Shown: piece after piece, positions 1 through 21,427 of the stretch
Layout: every line of letters starts with the position of its first letter
Position numbering within the stretch: the stretch's first letter is position 1
Sequence record: NZ_CP092738.1
Reading direction: 5' to 3' (one strand)
DNA: 64,000 nt
Source of the DNA: a plasmid
Notes under the pieces: generated by a model
Databases searched by the model: none
Told to the model about the DNA's origin: nothing
Seen by the model: only the letters and a program-made list of their open reading frames with translations
Translations under genes and position numbers: made by a program

Positions 1-767
<767 letters not shown>

Positions 768-789
768 AAAAAATAACGGGAGGGCTTGA

Positions 790-1199
790 CACAAGAAACA
801 TAGGAGAAGCGAGTAACTTTTGTTAAATAACTACCCCCATTCAAACGTTCCCATCCGCCACTTGCAACAGCGATTCCGTTATCAAGCCCAGTGAAAGTTT
901 GCATCGACCCCGTTCCGGGTAATTCATTTTCAGTCCATTGACGCAAGTTCGTCGTGCAGGCTACCACCGAAATTTCCGGATTACCCACCGGAAGCGGGGG
1001 CAGTAATACTACCTCCGCTTGCATTTCCAGAATTGGAACCGGAAGGATATAACTCTTGTAATACTCTTAATGAAAGTAAAAGATCAGAAACGTTTTCATT
1101 CTTTTGTGGGTTACAAAAGATCAATGAAAATAGAATTAAAAAGCAAAAGATGAATTTTGATGCATTAATGGAAATAAAATTTTTTATAGATGTATTCAT
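790..1199 (-). pseudogene. frameshifted lipoprotein gene remnant (signal peptide plus lipobox-like Cys, Gly/Ser-rich linker)
   Basis: Two overlapping minus-strand ORFs (981..1199 and 749..1024) lie in different frames. The N-terminus MNTSIKNF..LILFSLIFC is signal-peptide-like. The gene appears truncated at the adjacent IS110 end. Confidence 0.35.
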
Positions 1200-1496
1200 A
1201 GAAGTTTAAAAGGTCACAAGTTGTTATAGTTGTTTCAAAATTAGCATAAGAAAAAATTAAAAGTTTTGAGCTTTTTCACTTTTGAGGCAATAGAAAGTAT
1301 AATCCGGTCTTTGTATCAATGCTAATTATATTATAATGTGACATCTAATTTTTAAACTGCTATCTTGTTTGAGTCATATCTTTCAATGTCCCCAAAAAAT
1401 TTAATTTTCGTACTACAAGGAAAATGAAATCAAATCGAAGCTCAATAAAGAAAAGAACATTTTGGACGAATAAGGTCTGTGTAGTGCTGGTTCTAT

Positions 1497-2130
1497 CTGA
1501 CAGAATGAATTAGAAAATGTTAGTAAAGCCTGCAAGATCATGAGTTCCCGTCAGCAATTCTACGAGATCCAAAGAATCTTCCAAACATATGGAGCGGAAG
1601 AACTTCTGGATCAAATCCCAGGAGCAAACGGACCTCATCCAAATAGGGTCAATTGACAAAGAAGTCTTAGAGTATTATTCTCTACAACGCCCTACACATG
1701 TGGATGTTTAAAGGTTGCACAACAACTCTGCCTAAAGGGAATCAAAGTAAGCTCAGAAGACGTCAGAGGAGTTTGGGTGAGGAAAACACTCCTAACCAAA
1801 CATCAAAGACTTCTTAGACTCGAAGAACATAATGTTAAAGCTCAGACCGTTCTTATCGATAATGGTTGTGAGTATTGTGGAAAAGAAGATCAGCATCCCT
1901 TTGAATTATTTCTTCAATTAGAAGAAATCGAACAACGGATACGTTGAACGACTTCATCGAACTCTACTCGACGAGCATTTTAGAATTGCTGGTCGAACCA
2001 AATTCTACGAGTCAATTGAAGAAATGCAAATTGATTTGGAGATCTTTTTTGAGGAATACAATTACAAACGTGCTCATCAAGGAAGTAACATAAACGGAAG
2101 AGTTCCTTTCCAAGTTTTCATCAAAAGATA
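1497..2130 (+). pseudogene. degraded IS481-like (rve/DDE) transposase remnant
   Basis: Hand translation gives fragments with multiple stops (VSKACKIMSSRQQFYEIQRIF..., LIDNGCEYCGKEDQHPFELFLQLEEIE..., YNYKRAHQG). These resemble the intact transposase at 11530..12579. No ORF of 60 aa or more survives. Confidence 0.5.
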
Positions 2131-2182
2131 ATAAAAACAAGGAGAGCAAAGAATCAATTTATTTTAGAAGTGTTAGGTGAAT

Positions 2183-3238
<1,056 letters not shown>

Positions 3239-3287
3239 TATTAAGATTTTATCGTATTTGTTTTATTCGGGATAACACGAATAAAAG

Positions 3288-4001
3288 TCATTGAACTTGG
3301 ATGGGGAAAAGATTGGCTCCTTTGATAGGCCCTATCCAATGATTCTGTTCTATAATTTGTTTTACCTTTTGAGAAACTAAAATTTGTCGATCAGCACCAG
3401 CACCACTACCAAACCACTCGTTCGTAAGTACAAAATCAGGCTGATGTTCAAATATTTCTTTTTTGAAAAGCGCCCTTTTATCACCTTGCGAGTAATTATA
3501 CTTAATTTTGCCGCACCATGGACCCATGTAATAAATTTCTTTTGCAATTAATTCTTTTTTCAATTTATCGTCTTTAATCTTATTTTCACACAACTCCATA
3601 TTAAGATCGCCAGGAATAAGTCCCGGAGAAAGAATCGTTGTAACATACAATTGGTAAAGATTTTCAATTTCCTTTCCGTTTTTAAGATAAACGCTCAAAA
3701 ATTCAATTCCGGATATATTTTTCTTTTCAAATACAGTTTTAACGGACCCTCTTACAAATAAAGCACGGGTCCAATACGGACTTAAAAACTGAATATTTTT
3801 TGATTTCGGTTTTTTTTCAAAAATAAATTTTCCTTTCTGCTTCCAACCGATACCGCAGTATTTACATCCTTCTGAATAATCGTAAGCGGCGATTTGAAAT
3901 CCTTTTTCTTCTTCTATAAATGGGTATCCGGCGGCTCCCCATTTTCCAGACAAAAAATACCATTCCTGATGAGTCATATTCAATAAACTTAATAATTTCA
4001 A
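3288..4001 (-). CDS. hypothetical protein (one CXXCG motif; no family recognised)
   Basis: A clean 237-aa ORF. No confident homology could be read from the sequence. Confidence 0.45.
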   Translation of the reverse strand: MKLLSLLNMTHQEWYFLSGKWGAAGYPFIEEEKGFQIAAYDYSEGCKYCGIGWKQKGKFIFEKKPKSKNIQFLSPYWTRALFVRGSVKTVFEKKNISGIEFLSVYLKNGKEIENLYQLYVTTILSPGLIPGDLNMELCENKIKDDKLKKELIAKEIYYMGPWCGKIKYNYSQGDKRALFKKEIFEHQPDFVLTNEWFGSGAGADRQILVSQKVKQIIEQNHWIGPIKGANLFPIQVQ

Positions 4002-4929
4002 TTCTGAATAAAAATATATATTTTTAGAGTCCTATCTTCTGTATCCAATGAACCTTAGAAAAGTCTGAAAATTAACAAGAGTAGTAAATATTTTTCGCAC
4101 TTTTTTTATCATCCAATATGAACTCGTAAAAGAAAAGCATTCGCGACGATTGATCAGACTGATATTTGCGAGTTGGATACCGCAACATCGGGAGCTGTTC
4201 TTAATCTAACATGAGTTCGACGTAAGAAAATTGGGGCGAATCGTTCACAAATTTCATAGTTAAAATGGCTCACGACCGCGCTTTTCCGCTCCAATCGCTT
4301 TCGCATTTGTTATGCCGAACTCACGTTAATTTAAAAAACGAAGATCAAATCTGCAAGGTAAAAATACTTCAACACTGAACTAACAAGTATTTTTCTTTTA
4401 TGTACATCTTCTCTAACGATCTCTTATTCGATGAATTTTTACTTCTCTTTAAAGTTACTACTTTAAGTTGCCAGATTCATCGCCACCCAAAGAAATTCGA
4501 ATAGTTCTCTCGAAAGTTTAGAATCATGAATCCCTACTGGAGCAATTACAAATGTTACAGGCACTCCACGCCTATCGACGAGAATGTGCCTTTTAAGACC
4601 TCTTTTAACGTGATCCGGTCGGGTTTGGACCTGCCCCCTTTAGAAACCTCGCATAACTACCATTCTTTTTCGTTCTAATTCTAACAGAATGTTCATAAAA
4701 TTTTAATACTTCTTTTTCAATTTTATCAAAAACTCCTGCTGATACCTATTCCTGAATCTTCTATGTAAGGTTGATTTGGAACCGAACATTGGAGAAATAT
4801 CTCCATTGAATTCCTGTTCCTACCCAATAAAATATTGCTGCCATCACCACTCTATCATCTTGCCGAGAGAGCCTCTTCTCATGGCGCTTGTTTTAGGCTA
4901 AGAAGATTTTGGGACACGCTTTTAAAGTA

Positions 4930-5100
4930 AAGTGATGCAGAGTATATGAAAAGGTGATTCAACTCATTACAAAATTAAAAAAGAATTTTAAAAATAAATT
5001 AATGCTCTTAATCGACAAGATTCTTCTAAGAAAAAGGGCAATCATTGAATCCGCAAATGATGAACTTAAAAATATTTGTCAGATTCAACATACTAGGCAT
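4930..5100 (+). pseudogene. IS982/IS5-type DDE transposase C-terminal remnant
   Basis: Hand translation gives ...KNKLMLLIDKILLRKRAIIESANDELKNICQIQHTRHRSFFN*. The RxxIExxxxxLKxxxxIxHTRHRS tail is typical of IS982/IS5-type transposases. No N-terminal part is present. Confidence 0.4.
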
Positions 5101-5244
5101 AGAAGTTTTTTCAATTGAGCCGTTAATCTATTAAGCGGTTTAGTTGCATTTTCCTTTTTTCTTTGAATTTGAGATTTAAAGACAATTTTCAACTTTTACT
5201 TTCTACTTAGCTCGAACTCACGTTAACTTGTGGACAATAATCAA

Positions 5245-6447
5245 TTAAAACGTAGTTACACAACGGGCATACAGAGTACCAGACTTATCTGATGTAGCAA
5301 CTATACCATTTCCAAAAGCGACAGCTATAGCTAAACTTTTATTGCTATCATATGTAGTAGAGGTCCAATATCCTGAAGGATTGGGTGTGTTTGGAAAAAA
5401 AGTAGTATCGATTGTGGGCAAAATCGGATTAGGGTCACTATAATCTATGATACTTAAAAGTTCGTTTATATTCGGTAACCTCCAAACCCTTCCTGGCACT
5501 AAAACTTTACCATTGCAGTTACCACGCGCCTGATTCCAATCTAAGCTCCCTATACCGCCAAACATACATCCTACTCCTCCCTGTCCTTCTGAACATTGAG
5601 CCCAAAGAAGTCCAGTATTTAGGTCTCGAATTGTCCCATCTCCTTGATCTACAAAAGAAGTTGCAGGCATCGCGTTTCCGGAAACACAACGCAAATAAAT
5701 AGAGGTTACTTGTGCTGTGCTAAGAATCCTTACATCCATAGGTGGTGCAACTGAAAAGTCTATCACCCAATTGTTGCCTGCTGCCCTAGCATCTATTGTG
5801 CTAGTCATATAAGTCCTTCCGGTAAATGTCCTAGAAGGAAAAAAAGCATTCTCAATATGAGGATTGTTTGTGTAGTGAACGATAGATGCTAATTCTCTTA
5901 CTGTAGGGATTCTCCAATTGGTTCTGCCAGCATATCCTTCTCCACTGTTGAGAGTATTCAACTCGGTACAACTTCCAGAAAGTCCTGCATTCGCATCTGC
6001 CCAGTTAATTGGAGCCGCAACACTACCAGAACAGTCTGAACCAGTCTGGCCTTGTGCACAGGCCTTCCAAGTAAGTCCATGCAAAGGATCGAATATAGTA
6101 TAATCGGAAGTAAATTTACAGTGTTGGGTCGGTCCTACAAAACTGCGAGCATTTGGAACATTATTAAAATCTCCATCAGCGCCTGGCAACCACAGTGCAC
6201 AAGTTTGAACGGTTCCAGCTCCATTCCAACAAAGAGCTTGGCCAGTATCAAAGATTGCCCCTGGATTAAAAGGGCCAGCAGGAGCAGGGCATTGGGAGTT
6301 ATTGTTATTAGAGTTATTTCCCTGATTTTCAGTAGAATTTACATTTTGCAAATACTGTAATATAAAGTAGGGCGGATCAAGAACGGCGGGGGACTTTATA
6401 CAAAAACTGAAAAAAAGTAGGGCTATAAAAATAAAATACTTATACAT
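5245..6447 (-). CDS. lipoprotein with Lcl C-terminal/DUF1566-like repeats
   Basis: Signal peptide plus lipobox (MYKYFIFIALLFFSFC). Motifs repeat in the sequence: ...TNWRIPTVRELASIV... and ...WRLPNINELLSII..., typical of the DUF1566/Lcl C-terminal domain. Confidence 0.65.
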   Translation of the reverse strand: MYKYFIFIALLFFSFCIKSPAVLDPPYFILQYLQNVNSTENQGNNSNNNNSQCPAPAGPFNPGAIFDTGQALCWNGAGTVQTCALWLPGADGDFNNVPNARSFVGPTQHCKFTSDYTIFDPLHGLTWKACAQGQTGSDCSGSVAAPINWADANAGLSGSCTELNTLNSGEGYAGRTNWRIPTVRELASIVHYTNNPHIENAFFPSRTFTGRTYMTSTIDARAAGNNWVIDFSVAPPMDVRILSTAQVTSIYLRCVSGNAMPATSFVDQGDGTIRDLNTGLLWAQCSEGQGGVGCMFGGIGSLDWNQARGNCNGKVLVPGRVWRLPNINELLSIIDYSDPNPILPTIDTTFFPNTPNPSGYWTSTTYDSNKSLAIAVAFGNGIVATSDKSGTLYARCVTTF

Positions 6448-6981
6448 AACTTTGTTTAATTGCCTATTTGTTAAAACTGAAGGGATTTGAAAAAAAGATT
6501 CACTTTATAGTATGATCTATTTTTTATTCAGAGCAGATTCATAGAATGAGTATTTTTATGATACAAAATTTAAAATTTTCAGATTATATTTTGAACTTAT
6601 GCTATTTTGATTTTGTAGTAAGTAGATTTTTGAAGCTAAACCTAAGTTTTTTCACACTAAATAAATTTTTAGGAACAGACTTTTGAATTAGTATTCAATA
6701 AAAACTACTGCAGACGGATATATTGGACTTCCCCCGAAAAAACGAACATGGCTATCATACGGAAGTTTCAAAAAAATCAAATGATCGATATTTGAACCAG
6801 GTTATTGGTTTAACGGATAGCTTTTGGGATTATTGGACATAAAATCCAATTTCAAAGTTTTCCATTTCCCTTTCAATCGATATTCCGTTTCCGAAAGTTA
6901 AAGAAACTAATTTCGAAATGGAATTTACTCAACTTCGATCCCTATAGCACCGGAGATTCCAAACAAAGCAAAAAGACGATG

Positions 6982-7338
6982 TTAGCTGAAGTGTGATGTC
7001 TTAAGATCAGTAATTTCTTTTTCTAAAGCTCTCTGAACTAATTGATTCAAAGAGATCCCTTCTCTCAAAGATTTTCTATAAACACGTCTATGAAGTTCTG
7101 TTGGTATACGAACATTAAATGAACCTTTAAAGGATTTCTCCGGATTTTTTTTAGCTTTTTTACATAAAACTAAATAATCATTCACTGATTCTTGAAATGC
7201 CTTCTTCAATTCTTTAACCGATTCACCTTCAAAGGAAACTAAATCTTCAATTCCTTCTATTTTTCCAAAAAATACTTCATCATCCGCATTAAAATGAACA
7301 GAGCCTAAAAAGCCTTTATACTCGATAATATCCTTCAT
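6982..7338 (-). CDS. hicB: HicB-family antitoxin
   Basis: N-terminus YKGFLGSVHFNADDEVFFGKIEGIEDLVSFEGESVKELKKAFQESVNDYL plus a C-terminal RHH-like segment (LHRRVYRKSLREGISLNQLV). Overlaps the upstream hicA stop by 4 nt. Confidence 0.75.
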   Translation of the reverse strand: MKDIIEYKGFLGSVHFNADDEVFFGKIEGIEDLVSFEGESVKELKKAFQESVNDYLVLCKKAKKNPEKSFKGSFNVRIPTELHRRVYRKSLREGISLNQLVQRALEKEITDLKTSHFS

Positions 7339-7595
7339 TTTATATAACCCTCCGATTTTAATTCGTCTAAAATTTGATTTATCTGATACGACTTCAAAAT
7401 ATTTTTAGGATGGGGTTTGTGAAGTCTCATGATATGTTTAGTTTCTGAATGAATCCAAGCAACTCTTGAGCCTGAAGACTTGCCAGAATTATTTTCATTA
7501 TATCCAAAGGCTGAGAGTAACTTTCTTAGTTCATCGTAAGAAAAATCTCTTGGTCTACTTTTAAATCTTTCTACTAACTTTTCAACCTTTGACAC
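7335..7595 (-). CDS. hicA: HicA-family mRNA interferase toxin
   Basis: 86 aa with a YcfA/HicA-like pattern (...SGSRVAWIHSETKHIMRLHKPHPKNILKSYQINQILDEL). Lies immediately upstream of hicB in the same operon. Confidence 0.7.
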   Translation of the reverse strand: MSKVEKLVERFKSRPRDFSYDELRKLLSAFGYNENNSGKSSGSRVAWIHSETKHIMRLHKPHPKNILKSYQINQILDELKSEGYIK

Positions 7596-7744
7596 GATTC
7601 TATCATAAGTCCTCAGAATTGCAACTAATATTTAGTTACATTTCAATTTTGAAAGCAAAATTTTCTGTTATGATTATCAATATTAAGATATTATAAAGAA
7701 GTAGTTTAAAAAGTCAAAACTACTACTTTTTGGCCGAATTTTAA

Positions 7745-7773
7745 GGGTCAAATTTGACCTGAAATTTCCTGAA
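7745..7773. repeat. near-palindrome GGTCAAATTTGACC followed by GAAATTTCCT direct repeats (copy 1 of 4)
   Basis: Exact motif read from the sequence. Other copies are at 9903, 15730 and, inverted, at 58049. Confidence 0.8.
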
Positions 7774-8357
7774 TATCAAAAATATCGAGACAAGTATAAA
7801 GGGTTAAAAAAGACAGAAAAATTTATTCAAGACAATCAATAGAGGAAATCGTAAATAATCTTTACCATATTTTGAAAATTAATTCAAAGATAGTACACTA
7901 TTGTGCCGAAATCCGTAGATAAAAAGACTTTCGTTTTCTCTTTTTCTCGAACTTTAAAATATTTCGAAACTTGAAAATCCAAATCATTATAGCTAAAGAA
8001 CAAAGTTTCTTTCTACTTCCTGAAAGTAAATGTCCTACTACTTAAGTTTGTTAAGTGAGGGAAGAATCCGAGGTTCTAAATCCAGCTAAAGAGTATGATT
8101 CACCATAATAAAGTTCAGACAAATCTGGTAACGGCTTGAAAAAGTATGAAAGAAATAATGTTTTATAGACCTGCAAGAAATTTATAGAATACCCAAACGT
8201 TTTTACCCTTGTGAATAAATACCTAAATGCAGAAGTATTTTATATATCTTTAATATTCTATTTTACAATTCGTGAATTGGATCACAAGATTGCTGACAAC
8301 GGCCTTCGTATTCAATACTGAGTGAGAAATGTTCGATCTTATTCTTAACTTTACAGG

Positions 8358-9215
8358 TTATAACATCCCGTGGTCTTTTAGATCCTTTTTACTCAAACCA
8401 GTGATTTCTAAGATCATATCCACATCCATACCTTTCTGAAGCATCTTACGAGCGGATTTTAATTTTTCCTTCCCAATCCCTTGTAGTTCACCCGCTTCAA
8501 AACGAGCAGCCAAGTCATACGCATAGTCGCGGTCTGATTTTAACTTTGCTTCTAACTCATTGCGTTTCTGAGGATCATTTGAATACTGTTCTAAAATTGT
8601 AAATGCCTTACTTAAATCTGGAGTTTTATCTACTAAAATTCTCATTTCTTCTTCCTCCAACTCAGACGTATGTTTTAACACATACAACCAGATTTCTAAA
8701 TTATTCCTTAATTCCCTTACGTCTCTTTTGACAAACTTGCACAACTCTAAAAAATGAATTTCTACGTCGTCTGTTAAAATGATGTCAGGATTAGACTCTT
8801 CTCTAAATTTAAACTTACTATGAAAATTCTCCGAAGGAATTAAATCAAAGTCAACTATATTTATCTGATACACTGGCTTCAAATCGGAATACATAGAACC
8901 TCGGTTCAACTGATCCCGAATTAGTCCTGAAAGATAATACAAACTTCTCTTCACGAAAGAGCTCTGATGAGCTACTTGAATTTCTACATGAAATATTTTT
9001 CCATCCTCATCTTGAGCACGTATATCTAAATACGAACGTTTGTCATTCGGAGAAGAGCCTACAAGTTCCGGATTCAGTATTTTAATGTTTCGAATCGTAT
9101 GTTCCCCATCCGTAAATAACACACTGTTTAATATTGAAATCAGTAGATCCGGTTCTTTGACGAACAGGATCTTAAACATCAAATCATTGGTTAAAGGAAA
9201 AAAGTTTTTAGACAT
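8358..9215 (-). CDS. Rpn-family recombination-promoting nuclease/putative transposase (PD-(D/E)XK, PDDEXK_2-like)
   Basis: N-terminal ...[12 protein letters not shown]... pattern and family length. Nearly identical to 14075..14980 over the first ~240 aa. Confidence 0.75.
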   Translation of the reverse strand: MSKNFFPLTNDLMFKILFVKEPDLLISILNSVLFTDGEHTIRNIKILNPELVGSSPNDKRSYLDIRAQDEDGKIFHVEIQVAHQSSFVKRSLYYLSGLIRDQLNRGSMYSDLKPVYQINIVDFDLIPSENFHSKFKFREESNPDIILTDDVEIHFLELCKFVKRDVRELRNNLEIWLYVLKHTSELEEEEMRILVDKTPDLSKAFTILEQYSNDPQKRNELEAKLKSDRDYAYDLAARFEAGELQGIGKEKLKSARKMLQKGMDVDMILEITGLSKKDLKDHGML

Positions 9216-12620
<3,405 letters not shown>

Positions 12621-12769
12621 CTTAAATGGCTGTCCACTTTTATGTGACTACTTCACAATATATATTCTCCTTCCTTTGTTCGAATTATTGTTTTAATTTT
12701 TAAAAACACGCAACGCATATTAGCACTACTGTAATAAGCTTTAATTTGTAAAAAATATTCTAATATTAT

Positions 12770-13267
12770 CTAATTATCTCTTATTTGAACATCATATTTT
12801 AATGCTTCAATTTCAACTTGATTCCAAGTATTGAAAACTTTTGAAGTATCAACTCCATCTTCCTGAAGTTCGTTTAAAAATACCCCAATCGCAAATTGGG
12901 GTTGACCAACGAATAAAGCAAATAAACCAACAAAAAAACCAACAAAAAAACTTTTAAAGGTGGATGATTCTTTTTCTTTCATTTGGTGAATCATATTTTC
13001 CCAAGCTTGGACATGTTCTAAAAATGCAAACCTAAAATTCCTTGGACAATAATCCGTATTTATACTTCGTAATAATTTAACATATTTTGAAAGTGCATCA
13101 ATTTTTTTTGCACCTGCTTTAATTTCCTTTTGTGATTCAAGGAAATAATGTTTATCTTTATCAAGAACCATTTGAATTGACCCAGCATCTGTTAAATTTC
13201 CAAGTGAAATACAAGAAAAAATACTTAAAGAAATTAATGTGATAATAACTTTGGGTATGATACTCAT
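12770..13267 (-). CDS. hypothetical lipoprotein
   Basis: 165-aa ORF with a signal peptide and lipobox-like LSIFSC. Confidence 0.45.
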   Translation of the reverse strand: MSIIPKVIITLISLSIFSCISLGNLTDAGSIQMVLDKDKHYFLESQKEIKAGAKKIDALSKYVKLLRSINTDYCPRNFRFAFLEHVQAWENMIHQMKEKESSTFKSFFVGFFVGLFALFVGQPQFAIGVFLNELQEDGVDTSKVFNTWNQVEIEALKYDVQIRDN

Positions 13268-14074
13268 AAGTGATATTTTTCTACCGAAGTCTCGCGTTTA
13301 AACAGTTACAACTCAAATGTAGGATACTACTTGTCATGAGCTTGTTTCAAAAGATAAAATATATAACCTCTTTAAAAAGTCTATAATTAATCCATGCATG
13401 AGACGTAATTATCGAAGAATTTTATATTTTTATATACTAAATAACAAAAAAATAAAATATTATAATATTTGGTTTATATTGTATAAAATAAACTTCAAGT
13501 TATACTTTGAATAGATTATTGCGTTAATTATATTCTTAATACTTTTGATCCTTTTTCTTTGCAATACTGAGGCTGAGGAAGTCTGCTTTTGGGAAATGTA
13601 TAAAACTCTTTTGGCCAATTTATATTCGTTTTTTTCATCAACCTTAGTTTATCAGTTTTTTACATTAGCGATAGGTGGAGTTCATTGAGTGCTTACAAAA
13701 CGAATGCCCTACTCCATTTAAAAACAATCCAAAGTTTGTTAGGTTGAGGAAATTCGAGGAAAAGTGAGGGAAGAATCCGAGGTTCTAAATCCAGCTAAAG
13801 AGTATGATTCACCATAATAAAGTTCAGACAAATCTGGTAACGGCTTGAAAAAGTATGAAAGAAACTATGTTTTATAGACCTGCAAGAAATTTATAGAATA
13901 CCCAAACGTTCTTACCCTTGTGAATAAATACTTAAATGCAGAAGTATTTTATATATTTTCAATATTCCATTTACAATTCGTGAATAAGGAAAAAATTGAA
14001 TCGTAAGATTGCTGACAACCCTTCGTATTCAATACTGAGTGAGGAATGTCCGATCTTGTTTTTAACTTTACAGG

Positions 14075-14980
14075 TTATAGTATCCCGTGGTCTTTTAGAT
14101 CCTTTTTACTCAAACCAGTGATTCGAAGGATTACATCTAAAGCCATACCTTCTTCCAACATCTTACGAGCGGATTTTAACTTTTCTTTCTCTGCACCCTT
14201 TTCAATCCCTTTCTTGATACCTTTCTCAATACCCTTCTGAATACCTTGTAGTTCACCCGCTTCAAAACGAGCTGCTAAGTCATACGCATAGTCGCGGTCT
14301 GATTTTAACTTTGCTTCTAACTCATTGCGTTTCTGAGGATCATTTGAATACTGTTCTAAAATTGTAAATGCCTTACTTAAATCTGGAGTTTTATCTACTA
14401 AAATTCTCATTTCTTCTTCCTCTAACTCGGACGTATGTTTTAACACATACAACCAGATCTCTAAATTATTCCTTAATTCCCTTACGTCTCTTTTGACAAA
14501 CTTGCACAACTCTAAAAAATGAATCTCTACGTCGTCTGTTAAAATGATGTCAGGATTAGATTCTTCTCTAAATTTAAACTTACTATGAAAATTCTCCGAA
14601 GGAATTAAGTCAAAGTCAACTATATTTATCTGATACACTGGCTTCAAATCGGAATACATAGAACCTCGGTTCAACTGATCCCGAATTAGTCCTGAAAGAT
14701 AATACAAACTTCTCTTCACGAAAGAACTTTGATGAGCTACTTGAATTTCTACATGAAATATTTTTCCATCCTCATCTTGAGCACGTATATCTAAATATGA
14801 ACGTTTGTCATTCGGAGAAGAGCCTACAAGTTCCGGATTCAGTATTTTAATGTTTCGAATCGTATGTTCCCCATCCGTAAATAACACACTGTTTAATATT
14901 GAAATCAGTAGATCCGGTTCTTTGACGAACAAGATCTTAAACATCAAATCATTGGTTAAAGGAAAAAAGTTTTTAGACAT
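14075..14980 (-). CDS. Rpn-family nuclease/putative transposase paralog with a C-terminal KGIEKG-repeat expansion
   Basis: Identical to 8358..9215 up to ...ELQGI, then GIQKGIEKGIKKGIEKGAEKE is inserted. This resembles the EEKGIEKGIQQG segment of E. coli RpnA. Confidence 0.75.
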   Translation of the reverse strand: MSKNFFPLTNDLMFKILFVKEPDLLISILNSVLFTDGEHTIRNIKILNPELVGSSPNDKRSYLDIRAQDEDGKIFHVEIQVAHQSSFVKRSLYYLSGLIRDQLNRGSMYSDLKPVYQINIVDFDLIPSENFHSKFKFREESNPDIILTDDVEIHFLELCKFVKRDVRELRNNLEIWLYVLKHTSELEEEEMRILVDKTPDLSKAFTILEQYSNDPQKRNELEAKLKSDRDYAYDLAARFEAGELQGIQKGIEKGIKKGIEKGAEKEKLKSARKMLEEGMALDVILRITGLSKKDLKDHGIL

Positions 14981-17270
<2,290 letters not shown>

Positions 17271-17291
17271 ATCTGTTTTTAACTTTACAGG

Positions 17292-18182
<891 letters not shown>

Positions 18183-18415
18183 GGTATTTTTAATAATGGA
18201 GATTACTTTTATTTGTAAAGATTCATTTTCTTTTTTATGAATTAGATTTGTTCTTTATCCGTCCAACATTCGAATCGATTTACATACATGAGTTCCTCCT
18301 CTTTCTCTCTTACAAAAAAAGTATCCGATCTTTTTAAAGGTCTTTGAGAATCAAGTCTTGTTCTTTTTTAAACAAGATCGGATACAGTTCACTTTGGTTG
18401 ATCCAATTAAAAAAC

Positions 18416-19816
18416 TCATGCAGCACTCCCCTTTCTATTTTCAATTGTAGTCTTTTTTACCTCTGAGTTATTTACAAGACCCGGATACACTTCGTTTACA
18501 AATTTTTCAAAGAGTATCTTTTTAGTTCCTTCGTATTTGAAAGGATCTGAGTTTTGTTCGTAATATTCTAATTGAGATTTAAGCAACTTACTCTTACCCC
18601 AACCTAAAAAACATTTATACGGATCTAAGTTGTTTATCTCTTCTATGGGTGTTTCTTGGATCGTCTTACTCTCGTTATATTTGGATTTATTTTGTGGTTC
18701 ATTTCGTTTTGTGTTCTTTTCAGTAGGTTTTACTTTTCTTTCAAATAACCTAGACCAAAACTTAGTAATCGATTCAGGACTCAAAGACTGCTCATACCAA
18801 AATTTGGGATCTTGTTTTCTCAGTTGGATGAGTGTTTGTATCTTACTTTCGATCAAGTTCCAATCTCCTTTGGATATTTCATACAGTGAACTTAATGCTT
18901 TTAGTTCTGAGTCTGGTTGCCCCATTTCACTTCCATGTTCTCTGAAATAATAGTCTTGGAATTTTATAAGCCAAGAATCAGGAAATTGAAATCGTGATAA
19001 CGGTTTAGGTTTGTTTAAATTTTGTTTTTGTTCTTCCAGGTGCGTTTTTGCAGGCGGGCCGTACTCTCTAGTAGTATTTAGTATTTGTTTAAAGAGTACT
19101 TGTTTTGATAGTCCTTGGTATATAGTACTTGATAGGGGTTGATTTTCCCCACCTTGAAAATCAAGTTGTGGCTTCTCTGCTTGGGGTGAACCAAGAGCCT
19201 GATTTTTTTCTCTCTTAAATTTTATTTCTAATTCTTCTTCTATGCGTGCTTGTGGGGGCTGGTCATACTCTCTAGTTGTATTTTGTATTTGTGAAGAGAA
19301 TACTTGTTTTGATAGTCTTTGGTATATAGTATTTGATAGGGGTTGATTTTCCAGACCTGGATTTACCGTGACTGGGTTTTCCGGTTGTGGAAAATCCAAG
19401 ACCGGATTTTCTTTTATGTTAGATTCTTTGACTTCTTTTAAAAAGAGTTCCTTTTGTTTTTCTAAATTCTTATTTTGAGTTGTTTTTATTTTGTATTGAA
19501 CTTCCGGCTTTTGAGACTCTTCAAAAAAATACCATCCCGAATTAAATCTACCAGTTACTGGATCTTTTCCTTTTCGAAATTCTGCATAGCCAAAGGTAAC
19601 TAGTTCTTTAAACCCAGATGCAATACTTGAATCTTTGTCGCTTTTGAATTTAGACATCGTTTTTACCGACATTCGCCAGTGGTCTGGGTAACGGAGGGCA
19701 AGAAGTAGGATTGCTGTCGCTTTCATACTTAAACGAACATCATCGATAAAGTTATTTTTTACGATTGTAAAGTTTCGGTCTTTTTGTACCCGAAAGACTC
19801 TTTGAGTATCATTCAT
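18416..19816 (-). CDS. hypothetical HTH/replication-initiator-like protein with a 33-aa internal tandem repeat
   Basis: 466-aa ORF. The N-terminus (FTIVKNNFIDD...LSMKATAILLLALRYPD) resembles phage/plasmid replication-organiser HTH domains. The direct repeat ENQPLS(N/S)TIYQ(R/G)LSKQV...NTTREY occurs twice. The matching ~100-bp nucleotide repeats lie near 19060-19150 and 19250-19340. Confidence 0.4.
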   Translation of the reverse strand: MNDTQRVFRVQKDRNFTIVKNNFIDDVRLSMKATAILLLALRYPDHWRMSVKTMSKFKSDKDSSIASGFKELVTFGYAEFRKGKDPVTGRFNSGWYFFEESQKPEVQYKIKTTQNKNLEKQKELFLKEVKESNIKENPVLDFPQPENPVTVNPGLENQPLSNTIYQRLSKQVFSSQIQNTTREYDQPPQARIEEELEIKFKREKNQALGSPQAEKPQLDFQGGENQPLSSTIYQGLSKQVLFKQILNTTREYGPPAKTHLEEQKQNLNKPKPLSRFQFPDSWLIKFQDYYFREHGSEMGQPDSELKALSSLYEISKGDWNLIESKIQTLIQLRKQDPKFWYEQSLSPESITKFWSRLFERKVKPTEKNTKRNEPQNKSKYNESKTIQETPIEEINNLDPYKCFLGWGKSKLLKSQLEYYEQNSDPFKYEGTKKILFEKFVNEVYPGLVNNSEVKKTTIENRKGSAA

Positions 19817-20279
19817 ATACTATTCTCTTGTTGTAAGTTATTCTGAAGTGAGTCTGGATGTTTCTAAAAAGTTGGCGGGAGAAACGATATATCGTTTCCA
19901 AAGTCATTTCTTTTTGTTTTTTAATCCTACTCGATCCGTTTTCACTTTGGCACAAAAACGAATATCGGAAGTTTGATTTCTAAAAAAATTCAATCTTAAG
20001 GTAAATTTTGGGATTCAATCTTTGTGTTTGGTTTAACGTGAATTTGATCTAAAAAAGGGAGAAAATTGTTCGGTCTGCATTTTAGATTTTTTCTAAAATC
20101 TGTTTTCCAACTCGGGAATTCCCTGTCTTGGGAATTCCTGGTTTAGGAAGGAGTGTTTTACAGAGTTGTGAGATTAATAAAATACCCACAATCGTTCAGA
20201 AAAATCTTGTGGTTACTCATTTTGACCTAGTTACGTAAAAACGGACACCTTTTACTCAGCGAATGAGGTAAAGGTGAAT

Positions 20280-21427
<1,148 letters not shown>

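Noticed and set aside
5918-6360. Plus-strand ORFs 5918..6103 and 6052..6360
   Set aside because: They lie inside, and antisense to, the DUF1566 lipoprotein gene.
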